Shown: positions 8,321 through 15,965 of the stretch, piece after piece
Layout of the letters: every line of letters begins with the position of its first letter
Numbering within the stretch: position 1 is the first letter of the stretch
Origin: Bacteroidota bacterium
Lineage (GTDB): Bacteria; Bacteroidota; Bacteroidia; Flavobacteriales; Flavobacteriaceae
Direction of reading: 5' to 3'
Assembly (NCBI GenBank): GCA_042091495.1
Contig: JBELHJ010000002.1
Location: 4,945-68,944, forward strand
Length of the DNA stretch: 64,000 nt
The notes under the pieces: model-generated
Told to the model about the DNA's origin: nothing
Seen by the model: only the letters and a program-made list of their open reading frames with translations
Database searches by the model: none
Position numbers and translations under genes: made by a program

Positions 8321-10236
8321 TATTTTTTGAATGATAGCCAATACGTACCTGGATGCTCTAAAGTAAGGGTTTCAACCCATGAATTAGTTTCTCCTGACTG
8401 AATATCTTGATACATTTTCCCTTCAAGTTGCATTTCACTAAACCTTGAAAGATCTAGTTTATAAGAGTTCTTATTTTTGTTTACAATAACAACTAATACC
8501 TCGTCTTCAAAAGTTCTAAACAAAACATAAACTTTATCTTTGGGAGCAAAGTGTTTCGTTAAACCTTGATGTATCGCTTTGCTATACTTTCTGTAATTTA
8601 GTAACTGTTTAAGGTAGTTTTGCATCTCTGTTTGACGCGCTGTAAGCCCCACTCCGGAAACTGCATTGACATCGTCACCTTCCCATCCTCCAGGGAAATC
8701 TGAGCGAATCAAACCATGATCACCAGGAAGCTCAAAATCATCCATTATAATTTCTGTACCATAATAAATTTGTGGTATTCTAGGTAATGCTAGCATGTAT
8801 CCTAGAGCCATTTTGGTATTTACCAGATCTCCATCAAATTGGGTGTAGACCCTACTCATATCGTGATTATCTAAAAACAACATGATATCTTTAGGTGAGG
8901 GGTAAATAAAATCATTGGCTAAACCCGTATATAATTTAGTTAATCCTGTACCCCAATTTTCTTCTTCTTTAATCCCTTGGACAATTTTTTCTTGCATAGC
9001 AAAATCCATTGTTGACTTTAAATGAGATTCATAATCGTCTTGATTATTGTTCCCCTGCTGCCAATACGCAATTAAATTGGGGTTGTAACTCCATTCTTCC
9101 CCAACAATCGTAAAATCAGGATACTCTGTCATAATTGCTTTGGCCCAATCCGCCATGAAATGTTTGTCCGGATACGGATAAGTATCCTGTCTAATACCTG
9201 AAAGACCAAGAGATTCAATCCACCAAATACTATTTTGAATGAGGTATTTAGCCATAAAGGGATTACGTTGGTTTAAATCGGGCATGGTGTCAACGAACCA
9301 ACCATCTGACATAAGCTTCTTATCTGCCTCTGTAGCATATAAATCTTGATTTGTTGTGCGCTGATGACTGGAATATATGGTAGCATCTCCAGCTACGAAT
9401 TCTTTTTGATAGTTGACCCAATCTTGAAACGGTAAATCTTTCATCCACCAATGCTCAAGTCCACAATGATTAGCCACTTGATCCATAATAAGTTTAATTC
9501 CTCTGGATCTGGCTTCTCTAGACAATGTTTTATAGTCATCTAGAGAACCAAATCGAGGATCTACTTCATAAAAATCTGTCATTGCATAGCCATGATATGA
9601 CCAGCGATACATGTCGTTGGTTAGTAGTGGGCTTGACCAGATTGCGGTAAAACCCATTGCTTTTATATAGTCTAAATGGTTAATAATTCCTTTTATATCA
9701 CCTCCATGTCTACTATACGTTTTAGAACGATCTAAATCAGTTTCTTTGAGCGTATCAATAATATCATTGGAAGCATCGCCGTTAGCAAAGCGGTCTGGAG
9801 TAATGAGATAAATGGCATCTGAACTATCAAAACCTTTATAATATTGCTGAGATTGCTCACGAAATTTTAATTCATATGATAATTTAAATTGCGCTTCATT
9901 ATTAGTAAGCATGACATCAAAGCGTCCTGATATTGAAGTATTTATTTTAATATTTAGAAAGAGATAATTTGGGCTTTCTCCTTTATGAAAGTCAACTAAC
10001 TCTATACCCTTATGATTGATAGATGGCGAATATTTAATTATACTATCCGACTTGACAAGTAATTGTAATTCTGTTTGCTCCATTCCAACCCACCAGCATG
10101 GAGGTTCTAATCGATCTACTTCTAATACTGGCGTATTATCAATAGTATTTGGATCTGATGTAACTGAATTACAACCCCAAAAAAACATTAAACTAAATAA
10201 GCTCCAAAAAATAATAGATTCTTTACGCATAAACAT
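8320..10236 (-). CDS. GH13 cyclomaltodextrinase/neopullulanase-like (SusA-like) lipoprotein
   Basis: 638 aa. Lipobox FFWGC. GH13 regions LIMDQVANH, GIRQDTYPY, IVGEEW, FLDNHD. The start overlaps the GH65 stop by 8-14 nt. Confidence 0.85.
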   Translation of the reverse strand: MFMRKESIIFWSLFSLMFFWGCNSVTSDPNTIDNTPVLEVDRLEPPCWWVGMEQTELQLLVKSDSIIKYSPSINHKGIELVDFHKGESPNYLFLNIKINTSISGRFDVMLTNNEAQFKLSYELKFREQSQQYYKGFDSSDAIYLITPDRFANGDASNDIIDTLKETDLDRSKTYSRHGGDIKGIINHLDYIKAMGFTAIWSSPLLTNDMYRWSYHGYAMTDFYEVDPRFGSLDDYKTLSREARSRGIKLIMDQVANHCGLEHWWMKDLPFQDWVNYQKEFVAGDATIYSSHQRTTNQDLYATEADKKLMSDGWFVDTMPDLNQRNPFMAKYLIQNSIWWIESLGLSGIRQDTYPYPDKHFMADWAKAIMTEYPDFTIVGEEWSYNPNLIAYWQQGNNNQDDYESHLKSTMDFAMQEKIVQGIKEEENWGTGLTKLYTGLANDFIYPSPKDIMLFLDNHDMSRVYTQFDGDLVNTKMALGYMLALPRIPQIYYGTEIIMDDFELPGDHGLIRSDFPGGWEGDDVNAVSGVGLTARQTEMQNYLKQLLNYRKYSKAIHQGLTKHFAPKDKVYVLFRTFEDEVLVVIVNKNKNSYKLDLSRFSEMQLEGKMYQDIQSGETNSWVETLTLEHPGTYWLSFKK

Positions 10237-12529
10237 TTGATTTGGGTTCTAAATTGAATAATTCCCCTTGGTTAAATAGTGTTATTGATGAAGTACCTGT
10301 GAGTTCAAAATCAGCTCCCTTGTGAGAAACGGTTACTTTAACAATTTGATCTCTAAAATTGACTTTAAAAGTATAAGACTTCCAATTATCTGGAATACGT
10401 GTATTAAAGTGTAATTGATTATCTACAATACGCATTCCTCCAAATCCTTCAACTATACTCATCCAAGTTCCGGCCATTGAAGTAATATGAAGTCCTTCTT
10501 CAACTTCTTTGTTGTAATCATCCAAATCCAATCGTGAAGTTCTTAAGTAAAATGCATAAGCCTGATCCATTCTGTTTAACTTTGCAGCTTGAATACTGTG
10601 AACACATGGGGATAATGAGCTTTCATGAACAGTAAAAGGCTCATAAAAATCGAAATGTTTAGCCAGTTCTTCATTGGAGAAATGATCTTCGAAAAAATAA
10701 AATCCTTGAAGAACATCTGCCTGTTTGATATAGACTGATCTCAAAATACGATCCCAAGACCAAAATTGATTGATAGGTCTTTGTGTACTGGACAAATTAT
10801 CAACTGGTTCTAGTTCTTTATCTAAAAATCCATCTTGTTGTAAATAAACCCCATATTCTTCTGAATATGGAAAATACATTCCTGAGGCAACTGCTTTCAT
10901 TGCATTGAGTTCCTCATCAGAAGTATTAAGTTTTTCAATTATCGTTGCATAATTACTTGGGTAATCTGACTGTATGACGTTAAGCTGTTCTAATGCATAT
11001 TCAATACACCATTTAGCAATATAATTGGTATAAAAATTATTATTGACGTTGTTTTCGTATTCGTTGGGTCCAGTAACACCGAGAATTACATATTTAGAGT
11101 GGTATTTAGAGAATGAAGCGCGTTGCTGCCAAAATCTGGCAATTGCAAATAGTACCTCAATACCGTGATCTAAAGTATAGCTGTAATCTCCAGTATATCG
11201 GTGGTAATTGAATATTGCAAAAGCAATAGCGCCATTTCTGTGAATTTCTTCGAATGTAATTTCCCATTCATTATGACATTCCTCACCGTTCATAGTTACC
11301 ATAGGGTATAAGGCTGCACCCCCTGAAAATCCTAATTTTTCTGCATTTTCAATAGCTTTATCTAATTGTTGGTAACGATATTCCAGTAAGGCTTTGGCTA
11401 CTTCTTTATTTTTAGTAGACATGTAAAAGGGCAAACAATAGGCCTCTGTGTCCCAGTAGGTACTTCCACCATATTTTTCACCTGTAAAACCTTTAGGACC
11501 GATATTAAGTGAAGTATCTCTTCCTAAATATGTTTGATTTAACTGAAAGATATTAAATCTTATACCCTGTTGGGCTTCAACATCTCCATCTATGGTAATA
11601 TCAGACATGTCCCAAATGGATTTCCAATCTTTAATTTGTTGATTTAACAATGCGTCATAACCCAGTGTTAGAACTTTACTCAAAACTTGGTCAGCAGCAG
11701 TAACCAAATCGTTTTTATCATGATATCTATCAACAGTATAACCTCCAAATTTATGAATGGTATACGTTTGCATTTTCTCTACATGATGTTGATAATCAAA
11801 TACAATGTCTTTTTCTGTTTTTTTAGAATTATATGTTAACGCTAATGGGTTACCGTCTAAAAAACATTGATTAGCCATAAAGGTACACGTATGAAAATCT
11901 GTTTTCATTGTTCGCGCATTAATAAAGGCTTTCCCCTCAATTTCCTGAACAGAAGAAATATCCCAAAACATGTCATCCCAATTGGAGTCTTCGTTTACAA
12001 TACCGCCATCTAAGTAAGGGGAAAACGTAATACGAGCTGATTGATTCATTGGTGTAACTGCGAATGATATGGCTCCAACCTCATCGTGAGATAAACTTAA
12101 AAACCGTTTAACTTGAACAGCGATGGTTATTCCATTTTTAAGTTTTGCTTCAAAAGATCGAGATAACCATCCCTCTTGCATATTTAGTTCCCTTTTAAAA
12201 CCGGTAATCTCCTCACAAGTATTAAGATCTAAAACTTCTTCATTTACTTTCACATTAATTCCTATCCAATTTGGTGCATTCAGTACTTTAGCAAAGTATT
12301 CTGGATAACCATTTTTCCACCAGCCAACTTTAGTTTTATCAGGATAATATACCCCAGCAATATAGCTGCCTTGAAATGTACTCCCTGAGTAGGATTCTTC
12401 AAAGTTTGCCCGCTGTCCCATAGTCCCATTTCCGAGACTAAATAAACTTTCTGAGGATTTCACTCTTGCAGGATCAAATCCTTCTTCAACAATTGACCAA
12501 GGCTGAGGTTTTATATAATTTTGATTCAT
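10223..12529 (-). CDS. GH65 maltose (or kojibiose/trehalose) phosphorylase
   Basis: 768 aa with no signal peptide. GH65-type length and N-terminus (PWSIVEEGFDP..ESLFSLGNG.MG.R). Sits next to beta-phosphoglucomutase, as in characterised maltose phosphorylase loci. Confidence 0.9.
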   Translation of the reverse strand: MNQNYIKPQPWSIVEEGFDPARVKSSESLFSLGNGTMGQRANFEESYSGSTFQGSYIAGVYYPDKTKVGWWKNGYPEYFAKVLNAPNWIGINVKVNEEVLDLNTCEEITGFKRELNMQEGWLSRSFEAKLKNGITIAVQVKRFLSLSHDEVGAISFAVTPMNQSARITFSPYLDGGIVNEDSNWDDMFWDISSVQEIEGKAFINARTMKTDFHTCTFMANQCFLDGNPLALTYNSKKTEKDIVFDYQHHVEKMQTYTIHKFGGYTVDRYHDKNDLVTAADQVLSKVLTLGYDALLNQQIKDWKSIWDMSDITIDGDVEAQQGIRFNIFQLNQTYLGRDTSLNIGPKGFTGEKYGGSTYWDTEAYCLPFYMSTKNKEVAKALLEYRYQQLDKAIENAEKLGFSGGAALYPMVTMNGEECHNEWEITFEEIHRNGAIAFAIFNYHRYTGDYSYTLDHGIEVLFAIARFWQQRASFSKYHSKYVILGVTGPNEYENNVNNNFYTNYIAKWCIEYALEQLNVIQSDYPSNYATIIEKLNTSDEELNAMKAVASGMYFPYSEEYGVYLQQDGFLDKELEPVDNLSSTQRPINQFWSWDRILRSVYIKQADVLQGFYFFEDHFSNEELAKHFDFYEPFTVHESSLSPCVHSIQAAKLNRMDQAYAFYLRTSRLDLDDYNKEVEEGLHITSMAGTWMSIVEGFGGMRIVDNQLHFNTRIPDNWKSYTFKVNFRDQIVKVTVSHKGADFELTGTSSITLFNQGELFNLEPKSNVYA

Positions 12530-12534
12530 TTTCT

Positions 12535-13188
12535 TTAGTTTATTAGGTTGTTTAAGAAACCAACGGTGAGTTTGGTAAAATCATTAAATACAACATCTGC
12601 ATTTTTTAATATTTGGGAATCACCTACCCCTATAGCATACATCTCAGCAACATTAGCAGCCTCAATTCCTGCTATAGCATCTTCGAAAACCACACATTGT
12701 TTTGGATAAACTCCCAATAAATCAGCGGCTTTTAAAAAAACTTCTGGATTGGGTTTGGCTTTTGATACACTATTACCATCAACTATAGCATCGAAATAAT
12801 GCAATAACCCTACCTTGGTAAGTATCTTTACCGCATTTTTACTGGCAGAACCCAAGGCAATGGCACATCCTTTTGATTTCAAGTAATCTAACACACGACA
12901 TACATCTGGTAGAATTTCATCAGCATTCATATTATCTATATATTTCAGATAATCTTCATTTTTAGATACAAGAAAAGCGTTAAACTCATCTTCTGATATA
13001 GTGAGTCCCCCCCAGTTCAAAATTTTATGTAATGAGTCTACACGACTCACTCCTTTTAATTCCTCATTTAAAGTTTCATCAAAATGAATTCCTAATTCAT
13101 CTGCCAAAGACTTCCATGCTTTAAAATGGTATTTTGCCGTATCGACAATCACCCCATCCAAATCGAATATAAATCCGTTTTTGTTCAT
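12535..13188 (-). CDS. pgmB: beta-phosphoglucomutase
   Basis: 217 aa. HAD motif I FDLDGVIVDT, motifs GSASKN and KPNPEVF...VFEDAIAGIEAA. Adjacent to GH65. Confidence 0.9.
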   Translation of the reverse strand: MNKNGFIFDLDGVIVDTAKYHFKAWKSLADELGIHFDETLNEELKGVSRVDSLHKILNWGGLTISEDEFNAFLVSKNEDYLKYIDNMNADEILPDVCRVLDYLKSKGCAIALGSASKNAVKILTKVGLLHYFDAIVDGNSVSKAKPNPEVFLKAADLLGVYPKQCVVFEDAIAGIEAANVAEMYAIGVGDSQILKNADVVFNDFTKLTVGFLNNLIN

Positions 13189-13202
13189 TTTAATTAATTT
13201 GT

Positions 13203-14564
13203 TTAATCTGAAATTGCTTGTCTGTCTGTAATTAAAAAATTACTCGCAGCAGCTATTAATAAAGAAACACCTGCTAACAGCATGGCATTTATAGATTGGC
13301 CTCCAAACAGATTACTTAACCAATTTATGGCTCCCAAAGCAGCAACTATTTGTGGAATTACAATAAACATGTTAAATAATCCCATCATCACGCCCATTTC
13401 GTTGGGATCAACAGCACTTGAAAGCATGGCATACGGCATAGATAATATACTTCCCCATGAAATACCAATAAGCAAAAAACACCATTTAAGATAGGCTGCA
13501 TCTGTGATGTAATACATCATCACAAATCCAATACCCCCCATTAAAAGGGCCCACATGTGCACAAATTTCCTGTTGATTTTTTTCTTTGAAGTATAAAACG
13601 TTAGTAACAATGCAAATACCATTGATGATAATCCGTATACCCCCATTGCAGAACCAACTTTATTAGAAGCTTTTTGAAATGCTTCGTTTTTAACTTCAAA
13701 AGCAGCAACATCTTCAGTATTATTAAAATCATACTGATGTTCCTCTGGCACAGGTGCATTAAAAACATGTTCTGTTAGAGCTGGATTAGCCATACTCCAC
13801 ATGGTAAAAAAAGCAAACCATGAAAAAAATTGAATCACACCAAGGCGTTTCATTGTTTTAGGCATATCACCAATGTGGTTGATAATGTCTTTAATAAAAC
13901 TTGACTTTTGCTGTTTTAATGTCTTAAAAGCTTCCATATCCTCTGGCGGATATTCAGAAGTGGTAAATACCGTATACAATATGGTTATTAAAAACACCCC
14001 TGCACCAATTGCAAAAGCGAGTTTCACCGACGCAGGTATTACGCCTTGAGGCGCAGCATCTGAAACGCCTAATTCTGAAACAAACCAAGGTAAATTACTA
14101 GCAATCCATGTACCAATACCTATAATTAAAGTCTGAACTACAAACCCATAGGATCTCTGATTTTCAGGTAATTTATCTGCTACCAAGGCGCGGAAAGGCT
14201 CCATTGATACATTTATCGAGGCGTCCAAAATCCACAAAAATCCAGCAGCAATCCAAAGTACTGGAGAATGTGGCACCAAAAACAATGCAAGGGAACTTAA
14301 TATGGCCCCAATTAAAAAATAAGGACGCCGTCTACCCCACCTTGGAGACCATGTACGGTCACTTAAATAACCAATGATTGGTTGAACTATAAGTCCTGTT
14401 AAAGGTGCAGCAATCCATAACAATGGAATAGATTCTTTGTCAGCGCCAAGTGTTTGAAATATCCGAGACATAAAGCCTCCTTGTAAAGCAAAACCAAATT
14501 GAATTCCTAGAAAACCAAAACTCATGTTCCAGATTTCAAGGAAACTTAAGGTACGTTTCTTCAT
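13203..14564 (-). CDS. MFS/GPH-type sugar (maltose/maltodextrin) symporter
   Basis: 453 aa, about 12 TM segments. RWGRRRPYFLIG motif typical of SLC45/sucrose-maltose type MFS carriers. Confidence 0.85.
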   Translation of the reverse strand: MKKRTLSFLEIWNMSFGFLGIQFGFALQGGFMSRIFQTLGADKESIPLLWIAAPLTGLIVQPIIGYLSDRTWSPRWGRRRPYFLIGAILSSLALFLVPHSPVLWIAAGFLWILDASINVSMEPFRALVADKLPENQRSYGFVVQTLIIGIGTWIASNLPWFVSELGVSDAAPQGVIPASVKLAFAIGAGVFLITILYTVFTTSEYPPEDMEAFKTLKQQKSSFIKDIINHIGDMPKTMKRLGVIQFFSWFAFFTMWSMANPALTEHVFNAPVPEEHQYDFNNTEDVAAFEVKNEAFQKASNKVGSAMGVYGLSSMVFALLLTFYTSKKKINRKFVHMWALLMGGIGFVMMYYITDAAYLKWCFLLIGISWGSILSMPYAMLSSAVDPNEMGVMMGLFNMFIVIPQIVAALGAINWLSNLFGGQSINAMLLAGVSLLIAAASNFLITDRQAISD

Positions 14565-14591
14565 TAAATAGTAAATAATTTATTAATACTA

Positions 14592-14615
14592 TTTGATAAA
14601 CGTATGTTTATCAAA
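14592..14615. promoter_or_regulatory. palindromic operator candidate (LacI-type) in the 5' leader of the MFS operon
   Basis: TTTGATAAAC-GTAT-GTTTATCAAA: perfect 10-bp inverted arms. Lies 28-51 nt upstream of the ATG at 14564 and downstream of the putative -7 box. Confidence 0.4.
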
Positions 14616-14623
14616 ACTTATGG

Positions 14624-14640
14624 TGAGAAGTGAAAATATA
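14624..14640 (+). repeat. 17-nt element TGAGAAGTGAAAATATA, copy A (MFS operon control region)
   Basis: Exact 17-mer also present at 15914-15930 in the same orientation. Both copies lie in short intergenic control regions of the same PUL. Confidence 0.6.
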
Positions 14641-14653
14641 AGTTCTGATGCCT

Positions 14654-14661
14654 CAAATATA
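14654..14661 (-). promoter_or_regulatory. Bacteroidota-type -7 promoter box (TATATTTG) for the MFS-pgmB-GH65 operon
   Basis: The minus strand reads TATATTTG, matching the TAnnTTTG consensus described for Bacteroides/Flavobacterium sigma-A promoters. TTTG tracts lie further upstream. Confidence 0.35.
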
Positions 14662-14689
14662 TAAAAGTTTTTTTTACAAATACAAATCC

Positions 14690-15733
14690 TTAGTTAATTG
14701 TGGAATCTCTTTCGATAATTTGTGTTTGAAGTACAACGGTTTTGTAGGCTTCTTCATCGGTTTCATTTTCTAAGCGCTCAATAAGTAATCTTGCTGCTGT
14801 TTTTCCCATGTCTTCAGCTTTTTGATTAATTGTTGTTAAACTAGGTGAAGCGTGACGCGATAAAACTCCATCTGTAAATCCAATAATTTGAATGTCATCG
14901 GGAATTGATTTACCCATTTTCCTTGCAACATTCATAGCGGTTACAGCGTATAACTCGTTGACTGCAAACACACCATCGATGCCTTTATTGGATTTATATA
15001 ACTGTCCTATTTCTTTTTCTAACAAATCTAAATGGCCATCGTAATCTATAGTATCATCAAGCTTTAAAATTAAATTACTTTCAAGAGGCATATTGTGTTC
15101 TTCCATAGCTTCAATATAGCCTTGCGTTCTTAATCTACCAACGCTTACATAATCCTTAGTAGTAATTGCTACAACCTTTTTGGCTCCGTTTTTAATTAAC
15201 TTTTGAACTGCACGTTTAGACCCTTCCAAGTCATCTATAACGACTTTATCACATTCAATATCATTAACTACACGATCAAACATAACCACAGGCATGCCTT
15301 GATTAATAGCCTCAATAAAATGGTGGTAATCCTGATTTAGCATGGTTTCTTTTGATAAGGATAATATAAACCCATCTATACTACCATTGGCTAACATCTC
15401 CATGTTAATCACTTCTTTATCAAACGATTCGCTCGACAATCCAACAACCACGTTATAGCCTTTAGTATTCGCAACAATTTCTACACCTCTAATAACTTTG
15501 GAAAAGAAATAATGGACAATCTCTGGAATAATCAATCCTATAGTTTTGGTTCGCCTGTTTTTGAGACTAAGTGCAATATTATTAGGACGGTAATTAAATA
15601 ATTTTGCAAAGGCTTTTACTTTTTGCTTCGTTTCCTCACTAATTTCTTTACTATCTCTTAACGCTTTTGATACTGTAGGAATAGAAACTCCTAACTCTTT
15701 CGCTATTTGTTTTAAAGTAACCTGTCGTTTCAT
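14690..15733 (-). CDS. LacI-family transcriptional regulator of the alpha-glucan PUL
   Basis: N-terminal HTH VTLKQIAKELGVSIPTVSKALRD plus a periplasmic-binding-protein-like sugar domain. Start placed at the Met of MKRQVTLKQIA (15733), because the longer ORF-track start would lie inside the -7 box at 15767-15774. Confidence 0.9.
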   Translation of the reverse strand: MKRQVTLKQIAKELGVSIPTVSKALRDSKEISEETKQKVKAFAKLFNYRPNNIALSLKNRRTKTIGLIIPEIVHYFFSKVIRGVEIVANTKGYNVVVGLSSESFDKEVINMEMLANGSIDGFILSLSKETMLNQDYHHFIEAINQGMPVVMFDRVVNDIECDKVVIDDLEGSKRAVQKLIKNGAKKVVAITTKDYVSVGRLRTQGYIEAMEEHNMPLESNLILKLDDTIDYDGHLDLLEKEIGQLYKSNKGIDGVFAVNELYAVTAMNVARKMGKSIPDDIQIIGFTDGVLSRHASPSLTTINQKAEDMGKTAARLLIERLENETDEEAYKTVVLQTQIIERDSTIN

Positions 15734-15766
15734 TATGTAATTAGCTTTTGCAAATTTGATAAAATT

Positions 15767-15774
15767 CAAATATA
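15767..15774 (-). promoter_or_regulatory. -7 promoter box (TATATTTG) for the LacI-family gene
   Basis: The minus strand reads TATATTTG, 34 nt upstream of ATG 15733. Confidence 0.35.
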
Positions 15775-15842
15775 GTTTTTGAATATATCATAATTGTATT
15801 AATTTAAATTGATAAATGCGCAAAAACTAAAAGTTATCAACA

Positions 15843-15856
15843 CGCAAACGTTTACG
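15843..15856. promoter_or_regulatory. LacI-type operator candidate CGCAAACGTTTACG in the lacI/susC divergent region
   Basis: 14-bp near-palindrome with a perfect AAACGTTT core, the classical LacI-family operator centre. One mismatched pair. Confidence 0.35.
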
Positions 15857-15913
15857 CAAATTTATTTAGTTGAATTTATTTTTTTACACAATACCAATGC
15901 CATAGCTTTATAT

Positions 15914-15930
15914 TGAGAAGTGAAAATATA
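15914..15930 (+). repeat. 17-nt element TGAGAAGTGAAAATATA, copy B (36-52 nt upstream of susC)
   Basis: Exact match to 14624-14640. Confidence 0.6.
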
Positions 15931-15965
15931 GCATTTTTTTAATTTAAAAAAACTAACTATTTCGT

